Shown here in pieces: positions 9,939 to 23,299 of a stretch of DNA of 64,000 nt. Numbering within the stretch: position 1 is the stretch's first letter; the number at the start of each line of letters is the position of its first letter. The notes under the pieces were generated by a model that had not been told where the DNA came from, made no database searches, and worked only from the letters and a program-made list of their open reading frames with translations. The position numbers and the translations under genes are program-made. Source of the stretch: Octopus vulgaris (lineage: Eukaryota); assembly GCA_951406725.2 (NCBI GenBank), contig OX597839.1, forward strand, positions 15,190,001 to 15,254,000, given 5' to 3'.

Positions 9939-12265
9939 CTACTTATATGCACTAAAAGTATGTTTTTGCCAATGCTTACATCTGTATGCTCGTTCTATAA
10001 CCGTGTTTACTAGAGTATTTTTAGAAAAAATAATGAAAAATAGCTCAGAATTGCAGAGAAGACAGAATTTCTTGCCTTTGTCATATGGTATCGAAATTGA
10101 GAGGATCAACCATTCCAAATGAAATTGTTCACTGTGGTCTTTTAAATTCCAAATCAGTTTGCTGAGACCGGTACTATTCCGTTTATTTCTATCCCTAAAT
10201 GTTGAGTAATGGATAGAAATTCTCTTAGATAACTCTAACGATGTGCTTCCAATGTAAAATCGTACTTTATTACGAGTACTGATTATACACTGGTATATAG
10301 AATTTTTAATCTTAGAGTTACTTGACATAAATTTAATTCTATTGGGATTGACTTCAGATACAATAACCTTGTTATTAATATTTCTAGAGGGTTGGATGGT
10401 AGTAGCTAAATTAATGTTAGTATTAGTAAATGTATTAATATTTAACAGTTTGTTATTATGAGAAGATATAATTTGCAAGAGATTTTTTGTGTTTGAAAAA
10501 CCTATCCTAACCTTATGTGAATTAATTATAGAGTAATATCTAGAATTATTTGGAAACTTCCTAGCAATAGCTTGACGAAACAGCAGTGGGAGATTAGATT
10601 TAATTTGTCTCCCGTAAGGAATTATTAACCAAATATTTTTACTAGTATTCATAGCGTAATTACTTTTGAAGGTGTTATATTTACTTTTAGATCGGTAATA
10701 GGGGAATAAATAAGGGTTATCTGCCTTCATTCGCTTTGTATCGGTGCGTAAGTTATGTTTGTTATCAATAATTCTTTTACGACTATAAATCTTATCTACA
10801 TTATTGAATTTACAATTAGACTGAGCAGAATCAATGTAGAAAATTTTTTCTGTATAACCTGCTTTGATTAAGGCAGAGTTATAGAATTCAGCGTTATTAT
10901 TGAAAATATCAACATTAGCAGATAATTTAGATAATCTAAATGAAATATTCTTAACTAAATTCTTAGTAATTGCTCCAGGATGATTACTAAATTTGCTAAT
11001 GTACTTAAGATTGGTCAACGGTTTATGATATGGGAAGTAAGAGTCACTGTGTAAATTAAGCGTAATATCTAAAAAGTTGGCCTTCGTCAGATCGTCATCA
11101 AAAACGATTTTTAAGCCCATTCTACTGAAACAATTAACTAAACTGTTCTTAACTTTTGTACCTTTTGGTTAGAAACATTTTGGAGGTAAAGTAAACAATC
11201 ATCACGATATAGACCTCCATAAATGTTAGGGAACTCTTCAGCCATTTCAAAAAGAATATATATACAGACCAAATCAGCTATCTGTGCTGAATCAGAACTT
11301 CCCATAGGTATATCGAAACTATCTGGTGTGTCTTTACGGACCCACAACTTATCATCAAATTTAATAATAGATCTTCTGGCTGCCAACACAACATTAATTT
11401 CTTCTCGGGTGAGACCAGCTTTGTTATGAGCAAGCCAAAGTGCCTTATTAAGTACTATTGGATTAATAGACGAATAAAAATTGGAAATATCAAACTGGAT
11501 AAACTTCGTACTCACCTTACTGTTAATAGACCTAAACCAGTCAACTACGTCAAATGAATTAGTCCATAAACTAAGTTTTAATGTTTTGATTAGATTAGGA
11601 ATATATTTATCTAGTATATTTTTACTAAGGATACCGATGTCAGAGCTAGAAGGGCAGATAAGCCTTAATGATGGGTTAGTAAAACAATTTGGTTTGTGAT
11701 CCTTCAAAATAAACCTAGGTTGCTTAGGAACAAGTGGTTCTGTCTTCATTTGTAGGTTATATTTCTCCATGATTTTCATAGCCTCGATGTTGGCTTTCTT
11801 AAGTATTCTTTTATCAGCAATTTTATACTTTTTCTGAATTTCTTTTTCAAGTAATTCCAAATAATAGTCTTTATAAAGTTTGTACAGATTTCCAGTCTTA
11901 TCAGATTGAACCAACATAGTATCCATAGAATTGATTTCTTTGGTAATGTTGCGAAGATACCTCAGATGTTTATTTCTTAGTGGTGACCGTTGAAATTTTA
12001 CATTTCTCACAATGGACCAGAGATCATCTTCAAATTGCTTCAACCTTGGGTTAGGCGGCGGACTATTTTTAGATTTAAATAACTTGCTGAACTCAGATGT
12101 TTTATCATTAGTGTGTTGTTGAGGGTCATTTTTGTCAAAGAAAAAGGTAAGCCATCTTATTCGGTTGATGAATGAATTAATCTTATTGACAAGTTGCTTA
12201 AGGAAAACATTCTTAGGTGGAATAGGAATGTCCTTAAGAGATGCGTTAATATTCAATAACTCCAT
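9939..12265 (-). pseudogene. Penelope RT-GIY-YIG polyprotein with a single frameshift near 11150
   Basis: Motifs SDKTGN, QFDISNFYSSI, IPMGSSDS, YRDD, NFLDITL, SNHP, and endonuclease SIY...FYIG. The two ORFs join with a 1-nt shift (QKL|KNSLVNCFSRMGLK). Confidence 0.92.
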
Positions 12266-12503
12266 ATGCTGTAACTATTCAGTTAGCAGGTTATTAATAA
12301 ACCTGATTAAAGTATTATAAATAGATGAGTGTATTATACCTTGTTAACAATTAACACGGATAAATGAATGAATAGTTACCAGGGCAGCAACAATCTCACA
12401 AGTAAAGATGTTGTAACTCCTTGTTTATAAAGGTTGAAACTTGGTGTTTACGTTGAATATTTGAATAATAGGAATAAAAAATGGAGTTAACGCAGGTTTA
12501 AAC

Positions 12504-12580
12504 AAGAGAAGATTGCATTGTTTATACCTTTTATTCTTTTGAATAAGTATCAGTGGAATTTTTGAAACATATGTAGAAAG
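12504..12580 (+). ncRNA. 5'-truncated hammerhead in the inverted pLTR; the matching 5' half is at 9697-9737 on the minus strand
   Basis: AAGA-GAAGATTGCATTG...CAGTGGAATTTTT-GAAA-CATATG-TA-GAAAG. At 9737-9726 the minus strand reads CTTTC-CCGAAGA, supplying stem I and a core with one substitution. Confidence 0.7.
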
Positions 12581-12627
12581 AAAAAATACTTGTTTAAACC
12601 TGCGTTAACTCCATTTTTTTATTCCTA

Positions 12628-12998
12628 TATATATACATATATGTATATATATATATATATACATATATGTATATATATATACATATATGTATACATATAT
12701 ATATATATATGTACATATATGTATATATATACATATATGTATACATATATATATATATACATATATGTATATATATATACATATATGTATACATATATAT
12801 ATATATATATACATATATGTATATATATACATATATGTATACATACATATATATATATATATATACATATATGTATACATATATATATATATATACATAT
12901 ATGTATATATATATACATATATGTATATATATATACATATATGTATACATATATATATATATATATACATATATGTATATATATATATATATATATGT

Positions 12999-13063
<65 letters not shown>

Positions 13064-13092
13064 TATATTTATATATATACATATATATATGT

Positions 13093-13135
<43 letters not shown>

Positions 13136-13665
13136 CATATATATATACATATATATATATATATGTATACACACATATATATATATATATATATACATAT
13201 ATGTATTTAAACATATATATATATATATACATATATGTATTTAAACATATATATATATATATATATACATATATGTATTTAAACATATATATATATATAT
13301 ACATATATGTATTTAAACATATATATATATATATATATATGTATTTAAACATATATATATATATATATACATATATGTATTTAAACATATATATATATAT
13401 ATATACATATATGTATTTAAACATATATATATATATATATACATATATGTATTTAAACATATATATATATATATATACATATATGTATTTAAACATATAT
13501 ATATATATATATATATATATAGGCTCGAAACGTTAAAGACTTGTTTTATTTATATTTCCTGAGCGCCATACTAATACAATTGTTCGTTTGTTTTCCACCT
13601 GCCTTCGTCTTTTGTCTATTTTCATAAAGCTTCCTGTTATATATATATATACATGTATGTATTTA

Positions 13666-13713
<48 letters not shown>

Positions 13714-13724
13714 TGTATTTAAAC

Positions 13725-13755
<31 letters not shown>

Positions 13756-13763
13756 TGTATTTA

Positions 13764-13840
<77 letters not shown>

Positions 13841-13855
13841 GCATATATATATATT

Positions 13856-13892
<37 letters not shown>

Positions 13893-13923
13893 TATATATA
13901 TATATACATATATATATATTTAA

Positions 13924-13954
<31 letters not shown>

Positions 13955-13964
13955 CATGTATACA

Positions 13965-13995
<31 letters not shown>

Positions 13996-14025
13996 TTAAA
14001 TATATATATATATACATATACATGT

Positions 14026-14068
<43 letters not shown>

Positions 14069-14128
14069 AATATATATATATATACATATACATGTATACA
14101 TATATATATATATACATATATATGTATT

Positions 14129-14170
<42 letters not shown>
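12628..14170. repeat. (TA)n/(TATACA)n microsatellite array with higher-order units (TATGTATTTAAACA)
   Basis: Seen directly. Interrupted by a pLTR fragment at 13521-13638. Confidence 0.95.
13521..13638 (+). mobile_element. Pseudo-LTR-like fragment, same family as 60017-60950
   Basis: Reverse complement of about 60017-60135. Begins with GGCTC-GAAA-CG-TT-AAAGA, a hammerhead-like 3' half. Confidence 0.75.
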
Positions 14171-14171
<1 letters not shown>

Positions 14172-16595
14172 GATTGATTGATTGATTGATTGATTCTAGT
14201 TTCAGCTTATGAGCTGTGGTCATGCTGGGGCACCGCCATTTGGTGTTGCTACTTGGTTTTACTTCACGAAAGCTTTTTAGCAACTGCCATTTGGTGCATG
14301 AGAGAGTTCGATGCAGCTGCCCTCATCTGCACCTCCTGTCGTGAAGTTGGTTCATCTGGGACACCTGACAGGAAGAGATCCAGTTTCATTTTAAAGACAT
14401 CTGCATCCACCCCATGCAGGTCTCTCAGGTTCTTCGGGAGGATATTGAAGAGCGGTGGGCCTCGGAAGCCCATGCTATCACACTATCTTGTCCTACATCT
14501 TGATGGTAAACTTGGAGTCCTAGGCACCACGCAGTGGCGCCCAGTTCTGGCATTTGTGTAACTCTCGATGCCAACGTTCGGGACACGTCCCTCCAGGATC
14601 TTCCAGATGTATATTATGGCATATCTTTCCCGCCTACGCTCCAAGGAATATAGTTTTAATCTCTTGAGTCTTTCCCGGTAGCTTACATTCTGCGTAGAGG
14701 CTATCTTCTTCGTGTAGCTACGTTGGATCGCCTCGAGCTCTGTGATCAACTTGACACTGGATGGTGACCATAACTGAGAGCAGTAGTCAAAGTGGCTTAG
14801 GACAAGTGTCCTCCAGAGGACCATCATGGTTTCTTGTTCTCTTGTTCTAAAGGTTCTGAGGATCCATCCGGCCAGTCGTCTACATTTCATTGCCAATTTA
14901 GCAAGATGTACACGAAAGGTCGCGTCATCACTCATGTAAATACCCAGGTCACGCACTGATTGTGCCTCTGGGATTGCTATTCCTCCGGGTCCTGTGTATT
15001 CATTGGGTATTGCATTTAGTTTTGCATGCTGATAGTATAGAGCTTGAAACTTTTCAGCATTGAACTGCATGCTATTCTTTTCAGCCCACTTGTATATTTT
15101 GTCCAGCTCACATTGCAGGTGTTTAGTGTCCTCAGGGTTCTGTATTGCCTGTGAAACTTTTGTATCATCTGCATAACTTGTGATCGTGGCTCTCTGCGTG
15201 GCTGAGGGCATGTCTGAGAGGGCCATTATGAACAGTAGTGGTCCCAGAACAGTGCCCTGCGGAACACCGCTCACTATTTGCGTGTTAATTAAGTGGCCCC
15301 ATTGGCTACTACCACCTGACTTCTATCTTTCAGAAAGTCATGAAGCCATTCTCCCAGTTTTCCAACTATGTTGAGATCACGTAGTTTGTGACATATCATT
15401 CCATGATCGACTTTATCATAGGCCTTTGCAAAGTCGAGATATATCACTTCCACATTTGAGTGGTTGAGCAGCCGTTTCAGCACCCAGTCATAGTGTTGTA
15501 GGAGCTGAGTTAAACAGCTTCTCCCTGGTCGGAAACCATGTTGGGTGTCGGGCAGCAAGTCATTCTCTTGAAGGAAAGTGATCAGCTTCCTTCTGACTAT
15601 TCGTTCCATGACCTTGCTGATGTGTGAGGTCAGAGAGATAGGTCTGTAGTTCTTGGCTTCCGCTCTGCTACCTCCTTTATGAATGGGGCATATTTTACCT
15701 TCCTTCAGTTTTCTTGGAAGTTTGCCAGTTGCAAGGAAGCTCTGAAAGAGGAACTGCAGTGGTCTTGCTAGGACTCTCTTACATGCTTTTAGGAGGATTG
15801 CCGGGAATCCATCGGGGCCAGTAGCTGAGTCTGTTTTCATTTCATCTATAGCCTTGATTACATCGTCTTCCTTTATATCGATGTAATCTATCGTCGCCGC
15901 CTCTGATTTTATATCTGCAGTGGTAAAAAAGTCAGTTGGATTGGTGATTTGGAGATGCCCAAGGGGTGGAGTGAAAACACTCTTGAATTGTTCATTCAGT
16001 ATTTCACTTACCCTCATTGGTTTTCCTGTAAGTGTGCCATCCTTTTCGAGGAGTGGCCCTATTCTACAGTGCATCGTAGCTGTTTCTTTGGCATACCTGT
16101 AGAAAGCTCTGGGGTTAGATTTTATGTTGTCTATAGCCCAGGCTTCTTTGTCTGCTCTTTCTTTTTCATGGGAGAGTTGCAGACATTTTTCAATTTCCAA
16201 CAGTTTTATTTTTAGGCGGGACTTTTCACTGCTTTCAATCTGTTTGTTTAGGCGATTTGAAAATTTTGTACGCCGTCTCATTAAAATTTTCCTCTCTCTG
16301 GGGATTTTGTTCTTGTGTACAGTGGCCTTTCTCTCTGGGACACATTTGTAGCATATGGCTTGCATTACAGACATGAATTGTTGAAGTTTCACGTCGATGT
16401 CTGGCGAGGAGAGACATTTAGTCCAGTTTTGTTTGAGGATCTCTTTCTCAATTTGTTTCCAGTTTGCCTTATGGTAGTTCAAGCTAGAAAGATTCTGAGG
16501 GTTTCTTGTAGGCTGCATGTCCGTGCTCTCTTTTGGCCCGTACATGGTCAGCTCTATCATGTTGTGATCCGAGAGTAGTGTCGGTGTCACTTTCA
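14171..16595 (-). mobile_element. 5'-truncated CR1/L2-group LINE (end of APE domain + RT) with (AATC)n tail
   Basis: [54 protein letters not shown]. Frameshift near 15290 and premature TAG at 14483-14485. Both ends lie in TA arrays. Confidence 0.95.
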
Positions 16596-16727
16596 TATAT
16601 ATGTATACATATATATATATACACATATATATGTGTACATATATATATATATATATACATATATATGTATACATATATATATATATATACATATATATGT
16701 ATACATATATATATATACATATATATG

Positions 16728-16763
<36 letters not shown>

Positions 16764-16832
16764 TATGTATACATATATATATACACATATATATGTATAC
16801 ATATATATACATATATATATACATATATATGT

Positions 16833-16895
<63 letters not shown>

Positions 16896-16900
16896 AGTGT
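16596..16900. repeat. TA/TATACA/TG microsatellite
   Basis: Seen directly. Confidence 0.95.
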
Positions 16901-16959
16901 GTATTTACTATCCTTTTACCTCCTTTTTGAGGAACAGCTTGATGCATTAGTGAACCATC

Positions 16960-17570
16960 AACGACTTTGGAGAGTATAAAAATTAAAGATGTGGTTGAGT
17001 AAAAGTTAGCTGCTATGGAGGACTGGAAGTCATTTTAGTATGGCAAAAGTGTTACTTGTATCATGACCATTCGTGTCGGGTAACAAAATACCGACATGAC
17101 TGCTGGTCAACGCTCTATGAACACTGTGAAGGCTGTAAGATGCTGTACGGGCATCATGAACATCATGTTTCCCAAAGCTATGATGGTTTTGATGTGTATC
17201 AAGTGAAGGTGATGTCATACCGCCGCACGTCAATTCAATTCAGATGTCTATGTGAAACTGCTGGAGACTGTGGTCAATCCGTGTCTGGAGATGTTGCTGG
17301 AAGGCCAAGTGTGGCAGAAGGATTCGGCTCCTTACCATACCTCCTGATAGTTAGATGTGGTTGTCGGAGAATTTCTATCACTTCATTTACTCTAACTTCT
17401 GGCCTTGTAATTTCTCTGGGCGCAGTTTAGAAAGATATCAATCGCTCTGCCTGCAATATCAAGGCCGGGATTGTGACCAAGATCAAGGAAGTTTTCGAAG
17501 CTCTTCCCAGGGACACAGTGAGGAACGAAGTGGGCTACTTTGAATAAACTGTTATTTCCCTTTCATAACC
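16960..17570 (+). mobile_element. Degenerate Tc1/mariner-superfamily transposase fragment (DD37D/maT-like)
   Basis: Pieces read MMVLMCISSEGDVIPPH, SDVYVKLLETVVNP, VWQKDSAPYHTS and MWLSENF...NFWP. Confidence 0.7.
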
Positions 17571-17877
17571 GAGTTGATATGTTTTGACATTATAAAACAT
17601 ATTTGATTTTGGATGAGATTTTTTTGTCTCTTCTTTATATGTAAGCTTTCAAATTTATCCCAAACACCCTGCATGTACGCACAATCACACACACATACAT
17701 GTCTATTTGGCAACCGATGATGGGAATATATGTAATACATATGTGTTATGCTTGTTTGTGAAGATAATTTACATTCATATTTGTTAATTTTCGTCATAGA
17801 TAATCGTCTTAAGCTTATATAACGCTTAGATATCGGTGTCTAGTTTTAGGAAGTATATATATATGTACACATACACA

Positions 17878-17919
<42 letters not shown>

Positions 17920-19088
17920 TGCACGCACACAAAGCAGTGACGTGTTTTAACCGTTTCTCACACGCATCTGAAGTTAACGCTTTATCTATATTCCCCTAAG
18001 CAGTTGCTTGTGGTGGTGGATTTATTTCTACTATAGCTTAGATGTTTGTTTGAATTATAGGATATTGCATTTGTAATTTTTTTCCTGTATTTCTTATCTA
18101 TCTCAACATATCTGCGTTTCCTTGCTAACATTCTTTTTCTTTGCTAAAAGAAAAAAGGTAGATAGGAGTAAGGGAGTTTATAGACATTCACTGCTGTCAC
18201 ATAGTTAACTAGTTAATCTCTTGGTTGACTAAACAACATTTAACTCCCGAACTTCCTTAATCTGAATTGACAATCGTTATGTGTGTGTGTGTGTTTCACA
18301 CGCATCTTCGGTGGTTGTTTTTGAAATGCTTCAGTAAACGCTAAATACCAAATACTTCGAATATTGTTAAATAGTAAAATACGTTGTAAAGGCGGTAGAT
18401 TGGTGGAAATCTATTTGTTCCAGTCCTTTACGTTAGACATTCCCATACCACCGGAACTAATCTTGGTTTTTATCCTCCGTGGTCGATAAAACAAATCACT
18501 GCACAAATACTAGAAATTATTTGATTGACCACATGGTACAGTTGAATTCAAATCTCCACTGGACCGTGGTTTCTGGTTGCAAGGTAATGGGGCACACAGG
18601 TTGAAACTGTTACCCATCAATATTAACTATATATTGCCAATACATCACAAACGTACTCCCTGTCTTTTCCTCTCTCTTTCCACTACTCTTTCTCAGACCG
18701 GACCTAATTAAAGTGCAAAAATGAGAAAAAAAGCACAAAAAGCCATAATCCTCCTCATCTACATCATCATCATCATGCAGTTCATCGCTTTGGAGTCGGT
18801 AAAAGCAAATGCGAATAATGTAGTCGATTAATTCGACTACATTCTTTTCCTAGTAATGTGTGTTCATGCGGTCATGCAAATCATTAATTTTTATTCAAGG
18901 ACGTGAGATGGCAGACTCAGTAGAAAGACGGCGAAAAGGCCAGGGTTCTACCGATTCGGAGCAACTTACGCATGTACGTTTGTATAAACTACATTATCAT
19001 CCCATATATCCTTTCTTGAATACGGTAGGCTGTGATTTTGAAGGCGATATTGTCCTTCGCATTACCGTTTCTGCCATTTTTTCTCTTA

Positions 19089-19716
19089 CACGGGTCAACA
19101 AAATGAAACTGTTTTTAATCATCAGAGTTGCTGATTGACTTTACTGGGTTAATTTCTGATGCTGATTACGAATCTGAAGTTCGATTTCCTCTATCAGGTC
19201 ACATTTTCATGTTAATGATATCTGCTGTTTTATCTTATAGGATACGTAAAGCATGTCTATATAAAGTATGCTGAATACAAGATACGATAATTTCATGGCT
19301 TTTTATTGTACAAAATTAAAATTGTGTACAAATAAGTTAGAATACACTCAAATGCATAACAACTTTAACTCTTTGGGATTTGGACTTTCTATGGTATTTT
19401 GTCTCAGGTCCATCCCTGTATGACATCCAACAGTAGTCAGCTAACATTCCCGCATTCCAAAATCTTTGATATCGTTGTGCCATCGATGCAGTATCTTGAT
19501 GAAAGCGTTCCCCTTGCTCATCAGACACTGCTCCAAGGTTCTCTGCAAAAAAGTCCAGATGTGAATCAAGGAAACGGACTTTTAGTGACATCCGACAGCC
19601 CATTACAGCGCAGGAGTCTAGAAGACATTTCACTCCATTTCTAAACTCTAGAGATCTCTTGTTGCCTATGAAATTTCCCCAGAGCCATTTGAAGGATTCC
19701 CCGGCTTTAAGCTCAA
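19089..19716 (-). mobile_element. Chapaev3-like DNA transposon 3' end
   Basis: GCRMSLKVRFLDSHLDFFAENLGAVSDEQGERFHQD...MLADYCW, with terminus CACGGGTCAACAAAA at 19089. Confidence 0.8.
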
Positions 19717-20310
19717 TCTCATCGACTACCCTCATAGGCCATGTTTCACAACCATAGAGGAGGATAGTACGAACGACAGCCTGGTAGATTCGCCGTTTGG
19801 TCACCGAGGAGATCTCTCTTCTGTCCCACAGGCACCGCTGGAGGCGCACGAATGCGGATCTGGCAGCACCTATGCGACGCTCGACCTCGGCTGCGCCATG
19901 GTCCGTTGGAACCACCGTTGAACCCAGGTAGACGAAGGACTCCACATCCTCCAGCTTCACGCCCTCGAGAACGATTGGTTGCCAGTCATCTGATGCGACC
20001 AGAGACGTTATCACTTTGGTTTTGCCAGCATTGATCCGAAGACGAACTGCTGCCGCTGCCGCATGCACCCTTTCGGGAGCATCTTGGACATCTGCCCGGT
20101 TAGAGCCCAAGAGCGCGATGTCATCTGCGTAGGCCAGGTTCGTCACCACGACTCCTCTCCCAACCTCTACGCCTGGGTAGTCCTGAAGAGAAGTGTTGAG
20201 AATGTAATCGATGGCGTAATTGAATAGGGTTGGCGAGAGCGCATAACCCTGTCGAACACCGGTAGTGACATCAAACCACTCTGTCTCCCTGCCATAGACC
20301 CTCACACGAG
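19717..20310 (-). mobile_element. RTE LINE RT fragment
   Basis: GVRQGYALSPTLFN, LAYADD, LRINAGKTK, FVYLGS, LLYGCETW. Confidence 0.9.
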
Positions 20311-20680
20311 GGTGAATGGTTGAATGACCAAATCCAAGCTTTTCTGCTAGTTCCTTAACAGTTACGATAGGATTTTGTTCCAGGATTTGCAGGACGTCCT
20401 CATCGAGCTCTACAGATCTTCCAGGACGAGGCTCGTCTTCTAAACTGTAGTTTCCGGCTCGAAATTTCTGGAACCACCGTTGACAGTGGCTTAAGCTTAT
20501 TGTCCGTTCCCAATATACTGCATTAATATTCTTAGCACTTTCTGTTGCGTTGTTGCCTTTTATTGAACTCATAAAGCAAATATGCCGAATATGCTCCTTT
20601 GTCACTTGTATTATAGTTTTTAAAAAATAGCTGTTAAAATCGAACTGGACTCTTCAAAACTTGCACTAAGAATAAGTATT
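20311..20680 (-). mobile_element. Mariner 5' fragment (HTH DNA-binding region)
   Basis: CQRWFQKFRAGNYSLEDEPRPGRS...VKELAEKLGFGHSTIH. Confidence 0.85.
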
Positions 20681-20869
20681 TTATTCAAGCCACAAGGGCC
20701 AAACATAGAGACGATACAAAGTGAACACGGGGTTGGGAAGCGTTTGGAAATGCATAGAAATGAATAATTAAAAATTTATGTTAATAAAACGAATGAAAAA
20801 CAAACAATGCAACAGTATAAAGAAATGGAGGGGACGGTTACGACCCCGCAAGACACTTTCCCACTGGAC

Positions 20870-21400
20870 CTTTTGATTTATTTTTTATGGTCTACACTCA
20901 CGCAGGATCTTTCATTCTCAGCATGTATACCACTTGCTTCCACCTTTTACCATACGTACCCGATGACAGGCACCTCCTCTCTAGCCTCATTTTCCTTCAT
21001 AGAAAGAAAATAAAGAAGTTTACCAATCCTTGGCCATCGTCGAAGCCCAGGGTTTCTCCCAGGGCGTCATAACACTTGGCCTCTACCAACCTTCCATAGA
21101 ATGACGAGGTGAAACCCACGCTACCAGCCCCACCTTTGCCAGGTACTCTTTTAACCTGCTCTAAGGTATACCGTATAAGACAGAGATTGTCGTGTATGGA
21201 CCGGCCAGGGATGGTACATTTTTGTACCTCCCCGACGAGTCCACTCGCGACCCGCGCCAATCTTTTTACTTATACCCTGGCCAAAATCTTCAACTCTGCG
21301 TTAAGCAGAGTGATGGGCCGAAAGTTATTCACTAGATCCCCTTTTCTGGGTTCTTCTTTAGCAGCGTCATCACTCCCCGGCTCACCGATTTGGGTATGAA
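20870..21400 (-). mobile_element. Tx1/L1-like LINE, internally deleted RT fragment
   Basis: NFRPITLLNAELKILA and QKCTIPGRSIHDNL, joined to C-terminal-like sequence. Confidence 0.7.
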
Positions 21401-22436
21401 TCCGTTCTGCTGCCAGTTGAACGTAAGAGACTTAATCTAGAACTAAACAACTCCACTCCTATTTACGTGAAGGTAATAATCCAAGAGAACGGAGCTCGGA
21501 ATTTTAGCTAGAAATGCAAGATTTTCAAACTAAATTTTTCAAGTTGCCATGTCTGAAATTCATATCTCGTGGAGATCATTGAATTTAGCTTTCTTCCTGC
21601 AGGGATACATTTTCCTTGCGATACACTTGGGTAAGTTTAATCGGCTATACTGTTCTTTTCTAATAATTCCGTCAGTTCTGAAAGTTTCGACTAGAATTTG
21701 AACATGACCAACAGTTAGTCAATTATATTTATTGCATTAAGTTGACTATGTAGTTAAACAGTTAAACAATGCCTCATTACTGTAATTTATTGTTCTTAAA
21801 AAACTTTTACCATAAGCTTTTATATGATTCGGCTGGAAAATTAATTTCTGGAATGCTCAGTGACTTACACACCCAATACAATGAATTAATAGTTCAATTC
21901 ATCAAGTATTTAGAATCTTCACCGTCGAAATTAACGGAGGATCCGTTTTTTCCTCTATATTTTATATCAGCGTAAAAGAATAGCCTGTATTGTACGTCAA
22001 ACAGTAGTTAACCATTTAATAAATGGCGATAAAATAAGTCCCAGAACTTAAATAAGTGCTGAAATCAGTATGGTCGGGGACTAAAGTCCTTTTCAGTTTG
22101 TTGCCCTAACATTGCCCTAAGAATACCAAGTAGAAACTAGCATCCCATCTTGACAAACTGAAACTAGTAAAACATTATTAACTAGAAAACAGCATCCCAA
22201 TCTATTGTCAACGACAACAGCATCAAGAAATGCCATCTTGCACAAGTCGCTAAAAATACGATCTCAAAATTGTCCCCACCCATTAGCCATAGCTGTTTTG
22301 ATAAATTAATGTTTTCCAGATGTAACAAACAGATTTTTTAATGTATTTATTTATGTGAATGTATTCTATGTTCTCTTCCTTTCGAATGCATGAAAATTAG
22401 GCTTGCGCGCACACGTTATTTTCACCATCAAGTATG

Positions 22437-22482
<46 letters not shown>

Positions 22483-22763
22483 CATACATAATCTGTTCCA
22501 TTGTAATAGTATCTCGCTCTTAATTTTTTAACATCTCAAATAGATATGTTGATCGATCTGTCTATCAATCTGTTTACCTTTATGAACATACATACATGTG
22601 TATATATATGTGTATACATATGTGTGAGTGTATAGGGGAGTTGAAGACAGATGAAGAAACTTTGAAGATATAAAGTCAGATATAGGTACGGATCTAAGTT
22701 TGCAATCACGTAGACACACTTTACGTAAGGACAGAGAGATGTGTGTGTATATGTATATATGTG

Positions 22764-22813
<50 letters not shown>

Positions 22814-23299
22814 ATGCATATTCACATGTATATATATTTTCAAATGTGCGGCTGTGTATATGTGTGTATCTCCGCCTACAGTTCTTCATGACCTAATTTT
22901 ATCTTAGTGGTGTGTTCTCTATTATAGAAGCACGATGACCATCTACACGTGCGATTGTTTCTGAATAAATGACTCACGCTAAGAATAAATACATATTTTA
23001 ATGGCTTAAGTGTAGAGAATGTAGGATACCAAACATCTTGATCTAATATTTTGTAATATCGACGTATGTGCAACTGTTGGAAGTTGTTTAGCACGAATAT
23101 GTGCCTGTAGGTTCGTTAAATCAAACTGAATTTCAGTCTGATTTTCAATTTCTGTATTAAGGTAATGTTATTCACCTCCTCTGATTTAATTTCCTACCAT
23201 CCACGATTTCGTTTTGTGTAATCAGATATATAATCAGAATTTCCAAATCGCAAAAAAAATAACAATATAAACATAAAAAAGAAAGAATTTCCTATCCTA

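Larger units (their letters stand above)
9697..12627 (-). mobile_element. Near full-length Penelope-like retroelement (Neptune-like) with an inverted 5' pseudo-LTR
   Basis: RT + GIY-YIG ORF. 3' pLTR sequence 9697-9729 recurs inverted at 12504-12536. Terminal inverted repeat 12469-12506 / 12589-12627. Abuts a TA array. Confidence 0.92.

Noticed and set aside
13200-13500. CRISPR-like regular repeat spacing
   Set aside because: The spacers are just variable TA runs, there are no cas genes, and the context is eukaryotic.
21603-21630. Plus-strand micro-exon (TTCTTCCTGCAG...GTAAGT)
   Set aside because: 28 nt, frame-breaking, with no recognisable peptide or partner exon. It cannot be supported without RNA data.
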